NCBI GenBank assembly: GCA_040904565.1
Contig: JBBDTI010000075.1
Span: 170,508 to 234,507, forward strand
Length of the DNA: 64,000 nt
From: Rhodothermales bacterium
Lineage (GTDB): Bacteria > Bacteroidota > Rhodothermia > Rhodothermales > VXPQ01
Direction of reading: 5' to 3'
Positions 41,574 to 52,541 of the stretch are shown here, in pieces. The notes under the pieces were generated by a model. That model did not search any database. It was not told where the DNA came from and saw only the letters and a list, made by a program, of their open reading frames with translations. Both the position numbers and the translations under genes were made by a program. Position 1 is the stretch's first letter; the number at the start of each line of letters is the position of its first letter.

Positions 41574-43265
41574 TCAGGCAGGCGGCATCGCCGATACCGT
41601 CGCCTGCTCCGCTGCGGCACCGCCGCCGGTCGACGCCGTTCTCTTTGCAATCGTAGCTCCTTTTCGCATCAATTCGTAGCGGACGCCGTCGGCGATCGCC
41701 TGCCAGCTCGCCTCCAGAATATTTGCCGAGACGCCCACGGTGCTCCACGTTTCCTCACCGTCGGTATGCTCGACGAGCACGCGCACATAGGCAGCCGTGC
41801 CGTCCTTCGGACTGACGACGCGTACTTTGTAGTCGGTCAGGCGAATGTGCTCGAGACCCGGATAGAAGGCCACGAGCACTTTTCTCAGCGCGTTGGAGAG
41901 CGCATCGACCGGCCCGACGCCTTCGGCGGCGAGCAGCTCGCGATTGCCCTCGACGCTGAGCGCGATCGTTGCTTCGGTGCAGTCCACCCCCTGGTCGTTC
42001 AGCTCGCTCCGTACCCGGAGGCGCTCGAGCGTGAAGAAACTCGTTTCCTCGCCCTGTATCTGCCGGAGCAGCAGTTCGAACGATGCTTCCGCCCCTTCGA
42101 ACTCATAGCCCAGGTGCTCGAGCTCCTTGATGCGCTTGACGGCCCGTGCCGCCTCGTCGTCCTCGCCGAGTTCGAGCCCCAGCTCTTCCGCCTTGTATCG
42201 AACGTTGCTGCGCCCGGAAAGGTCGGAGACGAGGACGCGGCGCTTATTGCCCACTTCGTCCGGCACCAGGTGCTCGTAGGCCCGGGGATCTTTCATCACG
42301 GCCGAGACGTGGATGCCCCCCTTATGGGCGAACGCACTTCGCCCGACGTACGCCGAACGATCGATGGGATCGAGATTGGCGATCTCGTTGACGTAGTGCG
42401 CGAGATCCGTCAGCTCCCGGAGACGATCCGGCGGCACGCAGTCGTAGCCCAGCTTTAGCTGGAGCCCGGGTACGACGGCCGTAAGGTCCGCATTGCCGCA
42501 CCGTTCGCCGATCCCGTTAAACGTCCCCTGAACGTGGCGCGCGCCCGCTTCGACGGCCAGCAGGGTGTTTGCCGTCGCGCAGCCCCCATCATTGTGTGCG
42601 TGGATGCCGAGCGTGGTATCGAAGCTCTCGCGGACGTCGGCCATGACCGGAGCGATCTGATTGGGCAGCGTGCCGCCGTTGGTGTCGCAGAGAACCAGCA
42701 CGTCCGCGCCGGCATCGGCCGCAGCTCTCAGCGTCTCCAGTGCATACTCCCGATCTTCGAAATAACCGTCGAAGAAATGCTCCGCATCGTAAATAACGCG
42801 GCGACCGTGCGAGCGCAGGTACTCGATGGAGGAATGAATGAGGTCCAGGTTTTCGTCCTTCGAGACCCCGAGGGCCACTTCCACGTGCAGCGTCCAGCTT
42901 TTACCGAACAGGGAGACGACGGACGTATCGGCCGCCAGCATGGCCTGAAGATTGGGATCGTCTTCCGGCGCGTACTGGACGCGTCGCGTCGAACCGAACG
43001 CGCAGATCTTGGCCGTCTCCCACTCCACGTCCCGGGCCATTTCGAAGAACTCCTGATCCTTCGGATTCGAGCCCGGCCAGCCGCCCTCGATAATGTGAAC
43101 CCCGAACCGGTCCATACGCCGCGCAATCTGCAGTTTGTCGTGCGCCGTCATCGTGACGTGCTCGCCCTGCGTACCGTCTCTCAGCGTCGTATCGAAGAGC
43201 TCTATCGCTCTGCTCTCGGTGGAATGCGTGGAAGAATTGGCCATGGGTTGTCGTCTTTCATTCAA
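41574..43265 (-). CDS. cimA: Citramalate synthase
   Basis: DTTLRDGTQGE, EGGWPGSNPKD, FGKSW, YDAEHFFDG and AFAHKGGIH motifs. Alternative start at 43244. Confidence 0.9.
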   Translation of the reverse strand: MNERRQPMANSSTHSTESRAIELFDTTLRDGTQGEHVTMTAHDKLQIARRMDRFGVHIIEGGWPGSNPKDQEFFEMARDVEWETAKICAFGSTRRVQYAPEDDPNLQAMLAADTSVVSLFGKSWTLHVEVALGVSKDENLDLIHSSIEYLRSHGRRVIYDAEHFFDGYFEDREYALETLRAAADAGADVLVLCDTNGGTLPNQIAPVMADVRESFDTTLGIHAHNDGGCATANTLLAVEAGARHVQGTFNGIGERCGNADLTAVVPGLQLKLGYDCVPPDRLRELTDLAHYVNEIANLDPIDRSAYVGRSAFAHKGGIHVSAVMKDPRAYEHLVPDEVGNKRRVLVSDLSGRSNVRYKAEELGLELGEDDEAARAVKRIKELEHLGYEFEGAEASFELLLRQIQGEETSFFTLERLRVRSELNDQGVDCTEATIALSVEGNRELLAAEGVGPVDALSNALRKVLVAFYPGLEHIRLTDYKVRVVSPKDGTAAYVRVLVEHTDGEETWSTVGVSANILEASWQAIADGVRYELMRKGATIAKRTASTGGGAAAEQATVSAMPPA

Positions 43266-43314
43266 TGCCGTGGACTGCCTGTATGCGCGGCGACCCGGTC
43301 GGTCGCCCGACGCA

Positions 43315-43878
43315 TCACGTCGGCATGAGGCCGGCGCGGCGCGCGTATTCGAAGACGTTGCCGGCTTCGAGAATGTCGGCCACGTCGCCGAGCGGCTTGA
43401 GCAGGTATTCTTCGCCGGTCGTATGGTTGGTCAGCTTGCCGACGGACGTATCGATCTCCAGGTCGTCGCCGGTGCGCACCCGTTCGACGAGCCGCTCGAT
43501 CGACTCGAACGGCACGACAAAGCCCCCATCGACGGCGTTTCGATAGAAGATCCTGGCGTAGCTCTCCGCTACGACGGCCTTACACCCCGCTTGCTGCAGG
43601 GCGAAGGGAGCGTGTTCTCGCGACGATCCGCAGCCGAAATTAGATCCGCCCACGATGATCGCGTACTCGCTCTCGAAGGCCTCTTCCTCCGTAAACGGCT
43701 TGCCGCCGTACGGAAGTCCTTGCTGATCCGTCGGCACGCCGCTCAGCGCGAAGCGTCCGTAAAACTTCTTCTCCTCGGGATCGGAGAGGCTGTAGACGAG
43801 GTGCTCGGCCGGAATAATCTGGTCCGTGTCGATCGCGTCTCCCAGCACGTAGGCCTTTCCTTTAATGATGTCCTGCAT
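43315..43878 (-). CDS. leuD: 3-isopropylmalate dehydratase small subunit
   Basis: [23 protein letters not shown] and ARIFYRN motifs. Confidence 0.92.
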   Translation of the reverse strand: MQDIIKGKAYVLGDAIDTDQIIPAEHLVYSLSDPEEKKFYGRFALSGVPTDQQGLPYGGKPFTEEEAFESEYAIIVGGSNFGCGSSREHAPFALQQAGCKAVVAESYARIFYRNAVDGGFVVPFESIERLVERVRTGDDLEIDTSVGKLTNHTTGEEYLLKPLGDVADILEAGNVFEYARRAGLMPT

Positions 43879-43926
43879 GTCGTCTCCCTTCTCTCCTGAA
43901 TCTACAAACTGTGCATCGGCGCCGGT

Positions 43927-45219
43927 TTAGACGAGCACCTCGCGGGGGTCCGTGATGACGCCGGCAACCGCCGAGGCGGCTACCGTGAACGGCGAGGCTA
44001 GGTACACCGACGCATTCTTCGACCCCATTCGACCCGGGAAATTCCGGTTCGTGGTCGATATCACGACCTCCGTACCGTGCGTGCGTCCGAACGTGTCCGT
44101 CGGGCCGCCCAGGCAGGCAGCACAGGAAGCCTGACCGAGCTTGCAACCGGCCCGCTCGAAGATATCGTAGAGCGTCTCCCCGTCTACCCGCGTCGTATGC
44201 AGCTCGTTGCCAATATGGGTCGTCGCCGGCACGATGTACGTATCCACCCGCACTTCCTGTCCTTTGAGGATTCTGGCGGCCGCCACGAAGTCTTCCAGCT
44301 TGCCGCCCGTGCAGCTGCCCACGTAGGCACGGTCGAGCCGGGTGCCGACAACTTCCGAGACGGTAGCCTTGTTATCCGGACTGTGAGGCTTGGCCACGAG
44401 CGGCTCCATCTCCTCGACGTTGTACGTCTTGAACGTATGGAAGCGTGCGTCGTCGTCGCCGTAGACGGCCTCGAACGGGGCGTCCGTCCGGGCGCGCACG
44501 TACTCGAACGTCTTCTCGTCGGGCGGTATGATTCCGTTCTTTCCGCCGGCTTCGATGGCCATGTTCGTCAGCGTCATTCGCTCGTGAACGGGCAGATCGA
44601 AGACGGCTTGTCCGTCGAACTCGAGAGCGCGGTACGTACCGCCGTCCGTGCCGATGTCGCCGATGACCTGCAGGATGAGATCCTTGGCCATCAGATACGG
44701 CGGCAGCGTCCCTTCGAAGACGAACTTCATCGTCTCGGGGACTTTCACCCACATCTTGCCCGTCCCCAGGATCAACGCCGCATCGGTGTTCCCCACACCC
44801 GTGGAGAACATCCCGAACGCCCCCGAGGTGCAGCTGTGGCTGTCCGTGCCGACGAGCAGCGAGCCGGGACGGTTGAAGCCTTCCTCGGCCAGCGCCATGT
44901 GGCATACACCTTTATAGTTCGGCGTACCCGGATCGTAGTAGTAGGGCAGGTCGTGCTCCGCCGCAAACTCGCGGAGTATCTCCACGTTGCGGTTCGCGTG
45001 GTGGTTTTTCGTGAAGATATAGTGGTCGGGTATGATGACCAGCTTCTCCTTGTCCCACGGCACGGCATGTTCGCCGAACTCGCGCTTGAAGATGTCGATC
45101 GTGGGCGGTCCGCAGACGTCGTGCGTCATGAGGATGTCCACGTCGACCCAGATATTGTCGCCTGGTGCCACGCGCTCGCGCCCGGCATGCCGGGCCAGTA
45201 TTTTTTCGGTAATCGTCAC
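43927..45219 (-). CDS. leuC: 3-isopropylmalate dehydratase large subunit
   Basis: MTITEKIL, DSH, GSCTGG, CAACLG and TTNRNFPGRMG motifs; overlaps the leuA stop. Confidence 0.92.
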   Translation of the reverse strand: MTITEKILARHAGRERVAPGDNIWVDVDILMTHDVCGPPTIDIFKREFGEHAVPWDKEKLVIIPDHYIFTKNHHANRNVEILREFAAEHDLPYYYDPGTPNYKGVCHMALAEEGFNRPGSLLVGTDSHSCTSGAFGMFSTGVGNTDAALILGTGKMWVKVPETMKFVFEGTLPPYLMAKDLILQVIGDIGTDGGTYRALEFDGQAVFDLPVHERMTLTNMAIEAGGKNGIIPPDEKTFEYVRARTDAPFEAVYGDDDARFHTFKTYNVEEMEPLVAKPHSPDNKATVSEVVGTRLDRAYVGSCTGGKLEDFVAAARILKGQEVRVDTYIVPATTHIGNELHTTRVDGETLYDIFERAGCKLGQASCAACLGGPTDTFGRTHGTEVVISTTNRNFPGRMGSKNASVYLASPFTVAASAVAGVITDPREVLV

Positions 45220-46826
45220 GCTGTTCCCCCCTGAAATGACCTCATGATTCCGTTTCCGACAAACGCCATGTTCTCTTCGTCGGAGCGATAGGCTTCCAGA
45301 TGGTTGAGCGCATTGATATAGGCATCGGCGGACGCCTGGATCACGTCCGTATGCTGGGCTCGCCCCTTGAAGTAAGCCCCGTTCTCACCAACCAGCACGG
45401 TCACCTCGCCGATCGCGTCGGCGCCTTCCGAAACGGATCGGATGGAGTAACTCTCCAGCTCGTGGGTGCTCCCAACGGCGTGGTTGATCGCACGGTAGAC
45501 GGCGTCGACCGGACCGTCCCCCGTTCCGCGCTCCTTGCGCCGTTCCCCGGTCCGGGTGTAGAGCACCTCCACCTCCGCCTCGGGCTGCCGGCCCGTGCCG
45601 ACCGACACGGACATGTTCTCGAGGGTATAATGTGGATGCACGGCGTGCTCCTCATTGCCGCGCACGAGATGAACGAGATCCTCATCGAAGATCTCCTTCT
45701 TCCTGTCCGCCAGCTGAACGAAGAGCCTGTAGAGCGTATCCTTCCGGCTCTCTTCGACCTCCAGGCCCAGCCGCTCGAGGCGGCTGAAGAATCCGTGGCG
45801 GCCGGAGTGCCGGCCCAACCGGATCTGCTCCGCGGTCTGTCCAACCTCCGCCGCCTGCATGATCTCGTAAGTATCCCGCCGCTTCAACACCCCGTGCTGG
45901 TGAATTCCGGCTTCGTGGCTGAAGGCGTTCCGTCCCACGATGGCCTTATTGGGCGGCACGGGAAAGCCCGTCGCGACGGAGACCATCTTACTCGTCTCGG
46001 TCAGGTAGGTGGATTCGATGCCGGTATCCACGCCGAACTGTTCACCGCGCACGCGGAGTGCCATGACGACCTCTTCGAGCGCGGCGTTGCCGGCACGCTC
46101 GCCGATGCCGTTGACGGTGCATTCGATCTGGCGCGCTCCGGCACGTACGGCCGCTATCGAATTGGCCACGGCCAGTCCGAGGTCGTCGTGGCAATGGGCG
46201 GAAAGCACGACGTCCGCGCCGTCGGGGATGCAGTCCCACGCGGCCTCGAACATCGCCGCGTACTCGTTCGGGGTACAGTAACCCGTCGTATCCGGAATGT
46301 TGATGGTCGTCGCGCCAGCCTCCACGGCCGCTCCGATGACCTCGCATAGAAAGGCGTGATCGGTACGACCGGCATCCTCGGCACTGAATTCGACGTCGTC
46401 GGTAAACGCGCGGGCCAGCTCCACCGCCTCGCGCGCCATGCGTACGATCGTGTTGCGCTTGGCCTTCAGTGTTTTACCGAACTTCGCTTCACCGAACTTC
46501 GCGTCGATGTGGATGTCGCTCGTGGCGATGAAGGTGTGGATGCGCGTCTTTTCCCCTCCGGCAAGCGCCTTGCCGGCCGCTTCCACGTCGCTCTCGAGCG
46601 CCCGCGCCAGCCCGCAAATCACGGGCCCTTTCACGTCGCGCACGATGCGCGCCACGGCTTCAAACTGGCCGGGAGAGGAAATGGGGAATCCCGCCTCGAT
46701 AACGTCCACCTTCAGCTTGGCCAGCTGCTCGGCAATCCGGACTTTCTCCGGAACGGTCATCGACGCTCCGGGAGCCTGTTCCCCGTCGCGCAGCGTCGTG
46801 TCAAAAATGAATACGTGGTCTTTCAT
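45216..46826 (-). CDS. leuA: 2-isopropylmalate synthase
   Basis: [38 protein letters not shown] and a C-terminal regulatory domain. Confidence 0.95.
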   Translation of the reverse strand: MKDHVFIFDTTLRDGEQAPGASMTVPEKVRIAEQLAKLKVDVIEAGFPISSPGQFEAVARIVRDVKGPVICGLARALESDVEAAGKALAGGEKTRIHTFIATSDIHIDAKFGEAKFGKTLKAKRNTIVRMAREAVELARAFTDDVEFSAEDAGRTDHAFLCEVIGAAVEAGATTINIPDTTGYCTPNEYAAMFEAAWDCIPDGADVVLSAHCHDDLGLAVANSIAAVRAGARQIECTVNGIGERAGNAALEEVVMALRVRGEQFGVDTGIESTYLTETSKMVSVATGFPVPPNKAIVGRNAFSHEAGIHQHGVLKRRDTYEIMQAAEVGQTAEQIRLGRHSGRHGFFSRLERLGLEVEESRKDTLYRLFVQLADRKKEIFDEDLVHLVRGNEEHAVHPHYTLENMSVSVGTGRQPEAEVEVLYTRTGERRKERGTGDGPVDAVYRAINHAVGSTHELESYSIRSVSEGADAIGEVTVLVGENGAYFKGRAQHTDVIQASADAYINALNHLEAYRSDEENMAFVGNGIMRSFQGGTA

Positions 46827-46990
46827 GAGATCAGGTCATCGACATTCTTGCATTGAGCTACTGGCAGGGCTCCAGACGGCATCCGGACGCGCGGACGGTG
46901 AACCGTCCTGCCCTTGTTGCGCCGGATGCGCCGTAAGTCGAAGTCGCTCCCGATACACGGCACCTCTGCCTGAGCGGCGTACATACGCAT

Positions 46991-47061
46991 CGTTCATGGC
47001 GTCTCGGTCGGTCGCTATCACGTTCATGGCGAAGCTGCTGGTGGCGAGGCTATTCATGACG
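46991..47061. repeat. Three 11-bp motifs at exact 30-bp spacing
   Basis: CGTTCATGGCG at 46991 and 47021; TATTCATGACG at 47051. Confidence 0.7.
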
Positions 47062-48154
47062 GTATCTTCTCTGCGGCGGATACATGCTCGGCAATGCGGC
47101 GCCCTACGTCCTTTGTCCCAACCGCCGGGTGGAGGTCGTCGGCGATGTCGGCCGTTCGCATTCCGCTCGACAGCACGGCCTCGACGCCTTCTCGCACGGA
47201 GGCCGCGGCTTCCGCTTCCTGCCAGTGGTCCAGCATCATGGCCGCACTCAAGACGGCCGCGATCGGATTCGCAACGCCCTTGCCGGCAATATCCGGTGCA
47301 CTGCCGTGCACCGGCTCAAAAAGTCCGACCCGCCCGCCTACGCTGGCCGACGGCAAGAGTCCAAGTGAACCCGGAAGGGTGGCCGCTAGATCCGAAAGGA
47401 TGTCACCGAACAGATTTCCGGTGACGATCACGTCGAAATCAGAGGGCCGCCGAACGATCTGCATGGCCGCATTGTCGACGTAGAGATGATCGAGCTCCAC
47501 GTCGGAAAAAGACGCTTCGTGCACCCGCGCGACCACGTCGCGCCACAGCCGGGAGACGTCGAGCACGTTCGCCTTATCGACCGACGTTACGCAGCCGCGG
47601 CGGCGGCGCGCCCAGTCGAACGCAACGCGCGCGATGCGCTCCACCTCGTGCTCGGCATACCGCATCGTATTGAACGCCTCCTCTTCCTCGGTCGATATAC
47701 GTCCTTTCGGCTCGCCGAAGTAAATGCCGCCGGTCAGCTCGCGGACGATCAACATGTCCGTTCCGGCGACGCTGCTTCGCCGTAAGGGGGACGAGTCCAG
47801 GAGCGCATCCGGCACGGACACGGGCCGCAGGTTGGCATACACGCCGAGCTCCTTCCGAAGTCGGAGCAGGCCGGCCTCCGGCCGCTGATCGCCCGTCCGG
47901 TCGTCCCACCGGGGCCCACCGACGGCACCAAGCAACACGCCGTCGGATGCCTTGCAGGCCTCCAGTGTCGACGCCGGAAGGGGCGTGCCGTCCGCGTCGA
48001 TAGCCGCTCCGCCGGCGCGATGCTCCTCTACCTCCAGCTGAAAACCGTAGCGGATTCCCGCCTGTTCGAGCACGCGCAGCGCTTCTTCCGTCACCTCACG
48101 CCCGATCCCATCTCCGGGAAGCCACGCAATACGATATGTCGTCTTGCTACCCAT
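47054..48154 (-). CDS. leuB: 3-isopropylmalate dehydrogenase
   Basis: LPGDGIG.EV, VRELTGGIYFG, DKANVL, NLFGDILSD and EPVHGSAPDIAG motifs. Confidence 0.95.
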   Translation of the reverse strand: MGSKTTYRIAWLPGDGIGREVTEEALRVLEQAGIRYGFQLEVEEHRAGGAAIDADGTPLPASTLEACKASDGVLLGAVGGPRWDDRTGDQRPEAGLLRLRKELGVYANLRPVSVPDALLDSSPLRRSSVAGTDMLIVRELTGGIYFGEPKGRISTEEEEAFNTMRYAEHEVERIARVAFDWARRRRGCVTSVDKANVLDVSRLWRDVVARVHEASFSDVELDHLYVDNAAMQIVRRPSDFDVIVTGNLFGDILSDLAATLPGSLGLLPSASVGGRVGLFEPVHGSAPDIAGKGVANPIAAVLSAAMMLDHWQEAEAAASVREGVEAVLSSGMRTADIADDLHPAVGTKDVGRRIAEHVSAAEKIPS

Positions 48155-48160
48155 GCGCTT

Positions 48161-49213
<1,053 letters not shown>

Positions 49214-49298
49214 TTAGTGGTAGGGTCAAATGGTGGGCTTCAGATCGCGGCCGCGACGGAATCCGGTACGCCGCGCCGACCGAGCATAGGCAGGCCGG

Positions 49299-49877
49299 TC
49301 AGTCGCCAAAATGCAGGGCGCGGTGCATGGCAACGCGCCCGCTTCGAGCCATCTCCTCGATGCCGTGCTGTCGCATCATCCCGATGAAGGCGTTGATCTT
49401 CTTCGACGGTCCGGTCAGTTCGAACGTCATGGTATCGGGCGTGACGTCGACGACCTTCCCGCGGAAGATGTCGAGCGTATCCATCATCTCCGAGCGGTTC
49501 TGTTTGGTATAGCTCACTTTCAGCAAGCACAGCTCGCGTTCGACGTGTTCATTCGATGTCAGGTCGATCACCTCGAGCACGTCGACGAGGCGATTGAGCT
49601 GTCGGTTCACCTGCGCGATGATCCGATCGTCCCCCGTCGTCACGATGGTCATGCGGGAGATGGTCGAGTCGTCCGTCTCACCTACCGTGACACTCTCGAG
49701 GTTGAACCCGCGCGCGGAGAACAGGTTGATCACGCGGTTCAGCGCGCCGATCGTATTTTCGAGACGTACGGCGATGATGTGCCGATGCTCGTGCTTCTTT
49801 TCACCCGATTCGATCGGCTCGCCCTGAGCCTTCTTCCGGATGATCTGCTGTGGCGTTAAAGTGCTCGTGTCAGCCAT
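49299..49877 (-). CDS. ilvN: Acetolactate synthase regulatory subunit
   Basis: LEN..GALNRV..LFSARGFNLESVTV ACT domain, ERELCL and EMARSG motifs. Confidence 0.94.
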   Translation of the reverse strand: MADTSTLTPQQIIRKKAQGEPIESGEKKHEHRHIIAVRLENTIGALNRVINLFSARGFNLESVTVGETDDSTISRMTIVTTGDDRIIAQVNRQLNRLVDVLEVIDLTSNEHVERELCLLKVSYTKQNRSEMMDTLDIFRGKVVDVTPDTMTFELTGPSKKINAFIGMMRQHGIEEMARSGRVAMHRALHFGD

Positions 49878-49901
49878 CGTATACTGCTCGATATCAAGTG
49901 T

Positions 49902-51701
49902 TTAAACGAACGCGTTCGGCGTGAGGCGCTTCGTAATCATCTCATCCGTCGACGCACCGGAGGGCACCATCGGGAAGACCATTTCTTCCTTGATGACCCG
50001 GAACTCCATCACCACGGGGCGATCGTTGACCTCCCAGGCTTGCTTGATGATCTCGTCGACCTCCTCGGGCTTCTCGGCCCGCAGTCCGACGCAGTGATGC
50101 GCCTCGGCCAGCTTGACGAAGTCCGGGTTCGTCTCCGTCAGATCCGTGTGACTGAATCGCTCCTCGTGAAACAGCTCCTGCCACTGGCGCACCATGCCGA
50201 GAAAGTTGTTGTTGATGACGACGATTTTGAGAGGCAGCTTGTGCGCGGCCGCCACGCTCAACTCCTGCGCGTTCATCACGAAACCGCCGTCGCCGTTGAT
50301 GGACACGACCGTACGGCCCGTCCCCCTCAACCCGAACGCGGCACCCATGGCCGCAGGCAGGCAGAATCCCATCGTTCCGAGTCCACCCGACGTAATGTGG
50401 GAACGAGGATGGATGAACCGTCCGTACTGGGCGGCCCACATCTGATGCTGCCCGACATCCGTCACCGTAACGGCCTCGCCCTTTGATTGCTCGCGGATGC
50501 GCTGCAGGACGTACTGTGCACGCAGCCGGCCGTCATCCTGATCGTACTCGAGAGGTGCCTTTTTTCTCCACGCATCGATCTGCTGGAGCCATGCGTCCGT
50601 ATCGCCGGCTTCTACGAGAGGCTCCAGCCGCTCGAGCGCGTCACGCGTATCGCCGACGATGGCGCAATCCACGTACACGTTCTTCGAGATGCTCGACGGG
50701 TCGATATCCATATGGATGATCTTTGCGTGCGGCGCCCACGATTCGAGCTTGCCCGTAACCCGATCGTCAAATCGTGCGCCGACGGCAATGATCAGGTCCG
50801 AGTTCTGCACGGCCATATTCGCGTACCACGTTCCGTGCATGCCGAGCATGCCCAGCGAAAGTTCATCGTCCTCCGGAAAGGCACCCAATCCATGTAGCGT
50901 CGTCGTGACGGGTATGCGAGTCTTTCGCGCCACCTTCGTCAGGATTTCGGAGGCATCACCACCAACGGTCCCTCCACCTACGTAAAACAGCGGCTTCTTC
51001 GCTTCAGCCATCATGCCTGCCGCACGGCGAATCTTGTTCTCGGCTCCGTGGGCCGTAAACGAATAGCCGCGAAGATCGACATCTTCGGGATACACGAACT
51101 CCGTCTCATCCAGCAGGACATCCTTCGGCAGATCCACGACCACGGGTCCGGGCCGCCCCGTGCGCGCTATATGGTAGGCATGCTTCACCGTCCTGGCCAG
51201 GTCCTTCACGTCCCGCACCAGAAAGCTGTGCTTCGTGATGCTGCGGGTAATGCCGATCGTGTCGCACTCCTGAAACGCGTCGTTCCCGATGAGGTGGGTG
51301 GGCACCTGCCCGGTGAACACGACGATAGGCACGGAATCCAGGTAGGCGTCGGCGATACCCGTAACCGTGTTGGTGGCGCCGGGCCCGCTCGTCACGAGCA
51401 CGGTGCCGACCTTTCCGGTCGCCTTCGCGTAGCCCTCGGCGGCGTGCGTGCCTCCCTGCTCGTGTCGGACGAGCACGTGCTCGAAATCCGGCTTGATGCG
51501 CGCCATCTCGTCGTAAATCTTGATGACCGCACCGCCCGGATGCCCGAATACCACCTCGACGCCCTCAGCGTCCAGGGAGCGTAGAAAAATCTCCGCGCCG
51601 CTCATGCGTTTCGATCCGTTGACGGATGTCCGAGCCTGCTCGATACCGTCTTCTCTCGTCTCAGGCATGGACTTGGTCGTTGTGTTCTGGTCGTCTTTCA
51701 T
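49902..51701 (-). CDS. ilvB: Acetolactate synthase large subunit
   Basis: PGGA, RHEQG, TSGPGATN, DVGQHQMW and GDGG...NN ThDP motif. Start taken at ATG 51701. Confidence 0.94.
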   Translation of the reverse strand: MKDDQNTTTKSMPETREDGIEQARTSVNGSKRMSGAEIFLRSLDAEGVEVVFGHPGGAVIKIYDEMARIKPDFEHVLVRHEQGGTHAAEGYAKATGKVGTVLVTSGPGATNTVTGIADAYLDSVPIVVFTGQVPTHLIGNDAFQECDTIGITRSITKHSFLVRDVKDLARTVKHAYHIARTGRPGPVVVDLPKDVLLDETEFVYPEDVDLRGYSFTAHGAENKIRRAAGMMAEAKKPLFYVGGGTVGGDASEILTKVARKTRIPVTTTLHGLGAFPEDDELSLGMLGMHGTWYANMAVQNSDLIIAVGARFDDRVTGKLESWAPHAKIIHMDIDPSSISKNVYVDCAIVGDTRDALERLEPLVEAGDTDAWLQQIDAWRKKAPLEYDQDDGRLRAQYVLQRIREQSKGEAVTVTDVGQHQMWAAQYGRFIHPRSHITSGGLGTMGFCLPAAMGAAFGLRGTGRTVVSINGDGGFVMNAQELSVAAAHKLPLKIVVINNNFLGMVRQWQELFHEERFSHTDLTETNPDFVKLAEAHHCVGLRAEKPEEVDEIIKQAWEVNDRPVVMEFRVIKEEMVFPMVPSGASTDEMITKRLTPNAFV

Positions 51702-51835
51702 ACTGATACGCTGATCCTGGCGTGGATGCTCTCCGTGAGGTTGCTTGCACTGGGTAACGATGCATCCGACCCATCGTCGAAAAGCGACGTTCCCTTCCAC
51801 CACCGGGGCGCGCTGTGCTCCCGGTCGCCGGCATT

Positions 51836-52032
51836 CAATAAATAATTACAGGGGGGCCGCATCGGCTTCGCGGGCGTCGTCTGAGGGCCAACCCCTCAAC
51901 GTCCGTCTGATGCCTGATTGCACACCTGGAGAAATGCTAGGGGATTGACCGGGGGACTTAGCCCGAAATAATAATAAGGCTAACAAGGAGGACGACCGCT
52001 AGAAGCCGTCCACTACGTACAAGGTCAATCCC
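51836..52032 (-). promoter_or_regulatory. Transcription attenuator with alternative helices 1:2, 2:3, 3:4 upstream of ilvB
   Basis: Transcript segments: seg1 GGGAUUGACC (52032-52023), seg2 GGUCAAUCCC (51950-51941), seg3 GGGGUUGGCC (51895-51886), seg4 GGCCCCCCU (51858-51850), then GUAAUUAUUUAUU. Confidence 0.7.
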
Positions 52033-52119
52033 TGAAAGGACCCGCGCGTCCACATTGATCCGCTCGACGCCACACCGCTTGATGGCGCTGACTGCGATAT
52101 GTGACTGCGGATAATACAT
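51958..52119 (-). CDS. Branched-chain amino acid operon leader peptide (IlvL-like)
   Basis: 53-codon ORF absent from the ORF track, ending RLLAVVLLVSLIIISG-TAA. 11 of 13 consecutive codons are Leu/Val/Ile. Start is ATG 52119 or GTG 52053. Confidence 0.75.
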   Translation of the reverse strand: MYYPQSHIAVSAIKRCGVERINVDARVLSGIDLVRSGRLLAVVLLVSLIIISG

Positions 52120-52463
52120 GCTCGTGTGCGTGTGACGTGGTACTGCGCTGAAGGTCCTGCGTCAGGTGTGTCCAAGAACGTTAATCCTAACGCGCTCGTC
52201 AAGTGATAGATCGGGCAATTAATCAAGTCCCCCCACAGAGAGGGGCTCTCCTCGGTAGCGCTTACAGTTTACTTATATAGTTTATATCTGATATATACCT
52301 CTCTTTTTCAGTCTCTTAAGACAGCTACCCTAATACTATTATCTGCCAGGTCACTAGCTGGGGCTCGATCCGCCTTCCATTTCATGCTATCTTCACCTCT
52401 ATCCACCTCGGGGCGCCGGCCCAAAGAGCCTTCACATACGCTTCACCGGCATTCACTGGCCTA

Positions 52464-52506
52464 AAAAGCGCTTTTACGCACGCCGCCAAAATTGAAAGCG
52501 CTTTTA
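52464..52506. promoter_or_regulatory. Two LacI/GalR-type palindromic operators
   Basis: AAAAGCGCTTTT (52464-52475) and TGAAAGCGCTTTTA (52493-52506); centres 30 bp apart. Confidence 0.6.
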
Positions 52507-52541
52507 TTATTCGAGGTATTGAACTGTTTGTGCTCTTATCC

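Noticed and set aside
46991-47061. Mini-CRISPR array
   Set aside because: The 11-bp repeats and 19-bp spacers are far too short, and there are no cas genes.
51999-52226. 75-aa ORF from the ORF track as the ilv leader
   Set aside because: It lacks control codons; the BCAA-rich frame is the overlapping 52119-51958 ORF.
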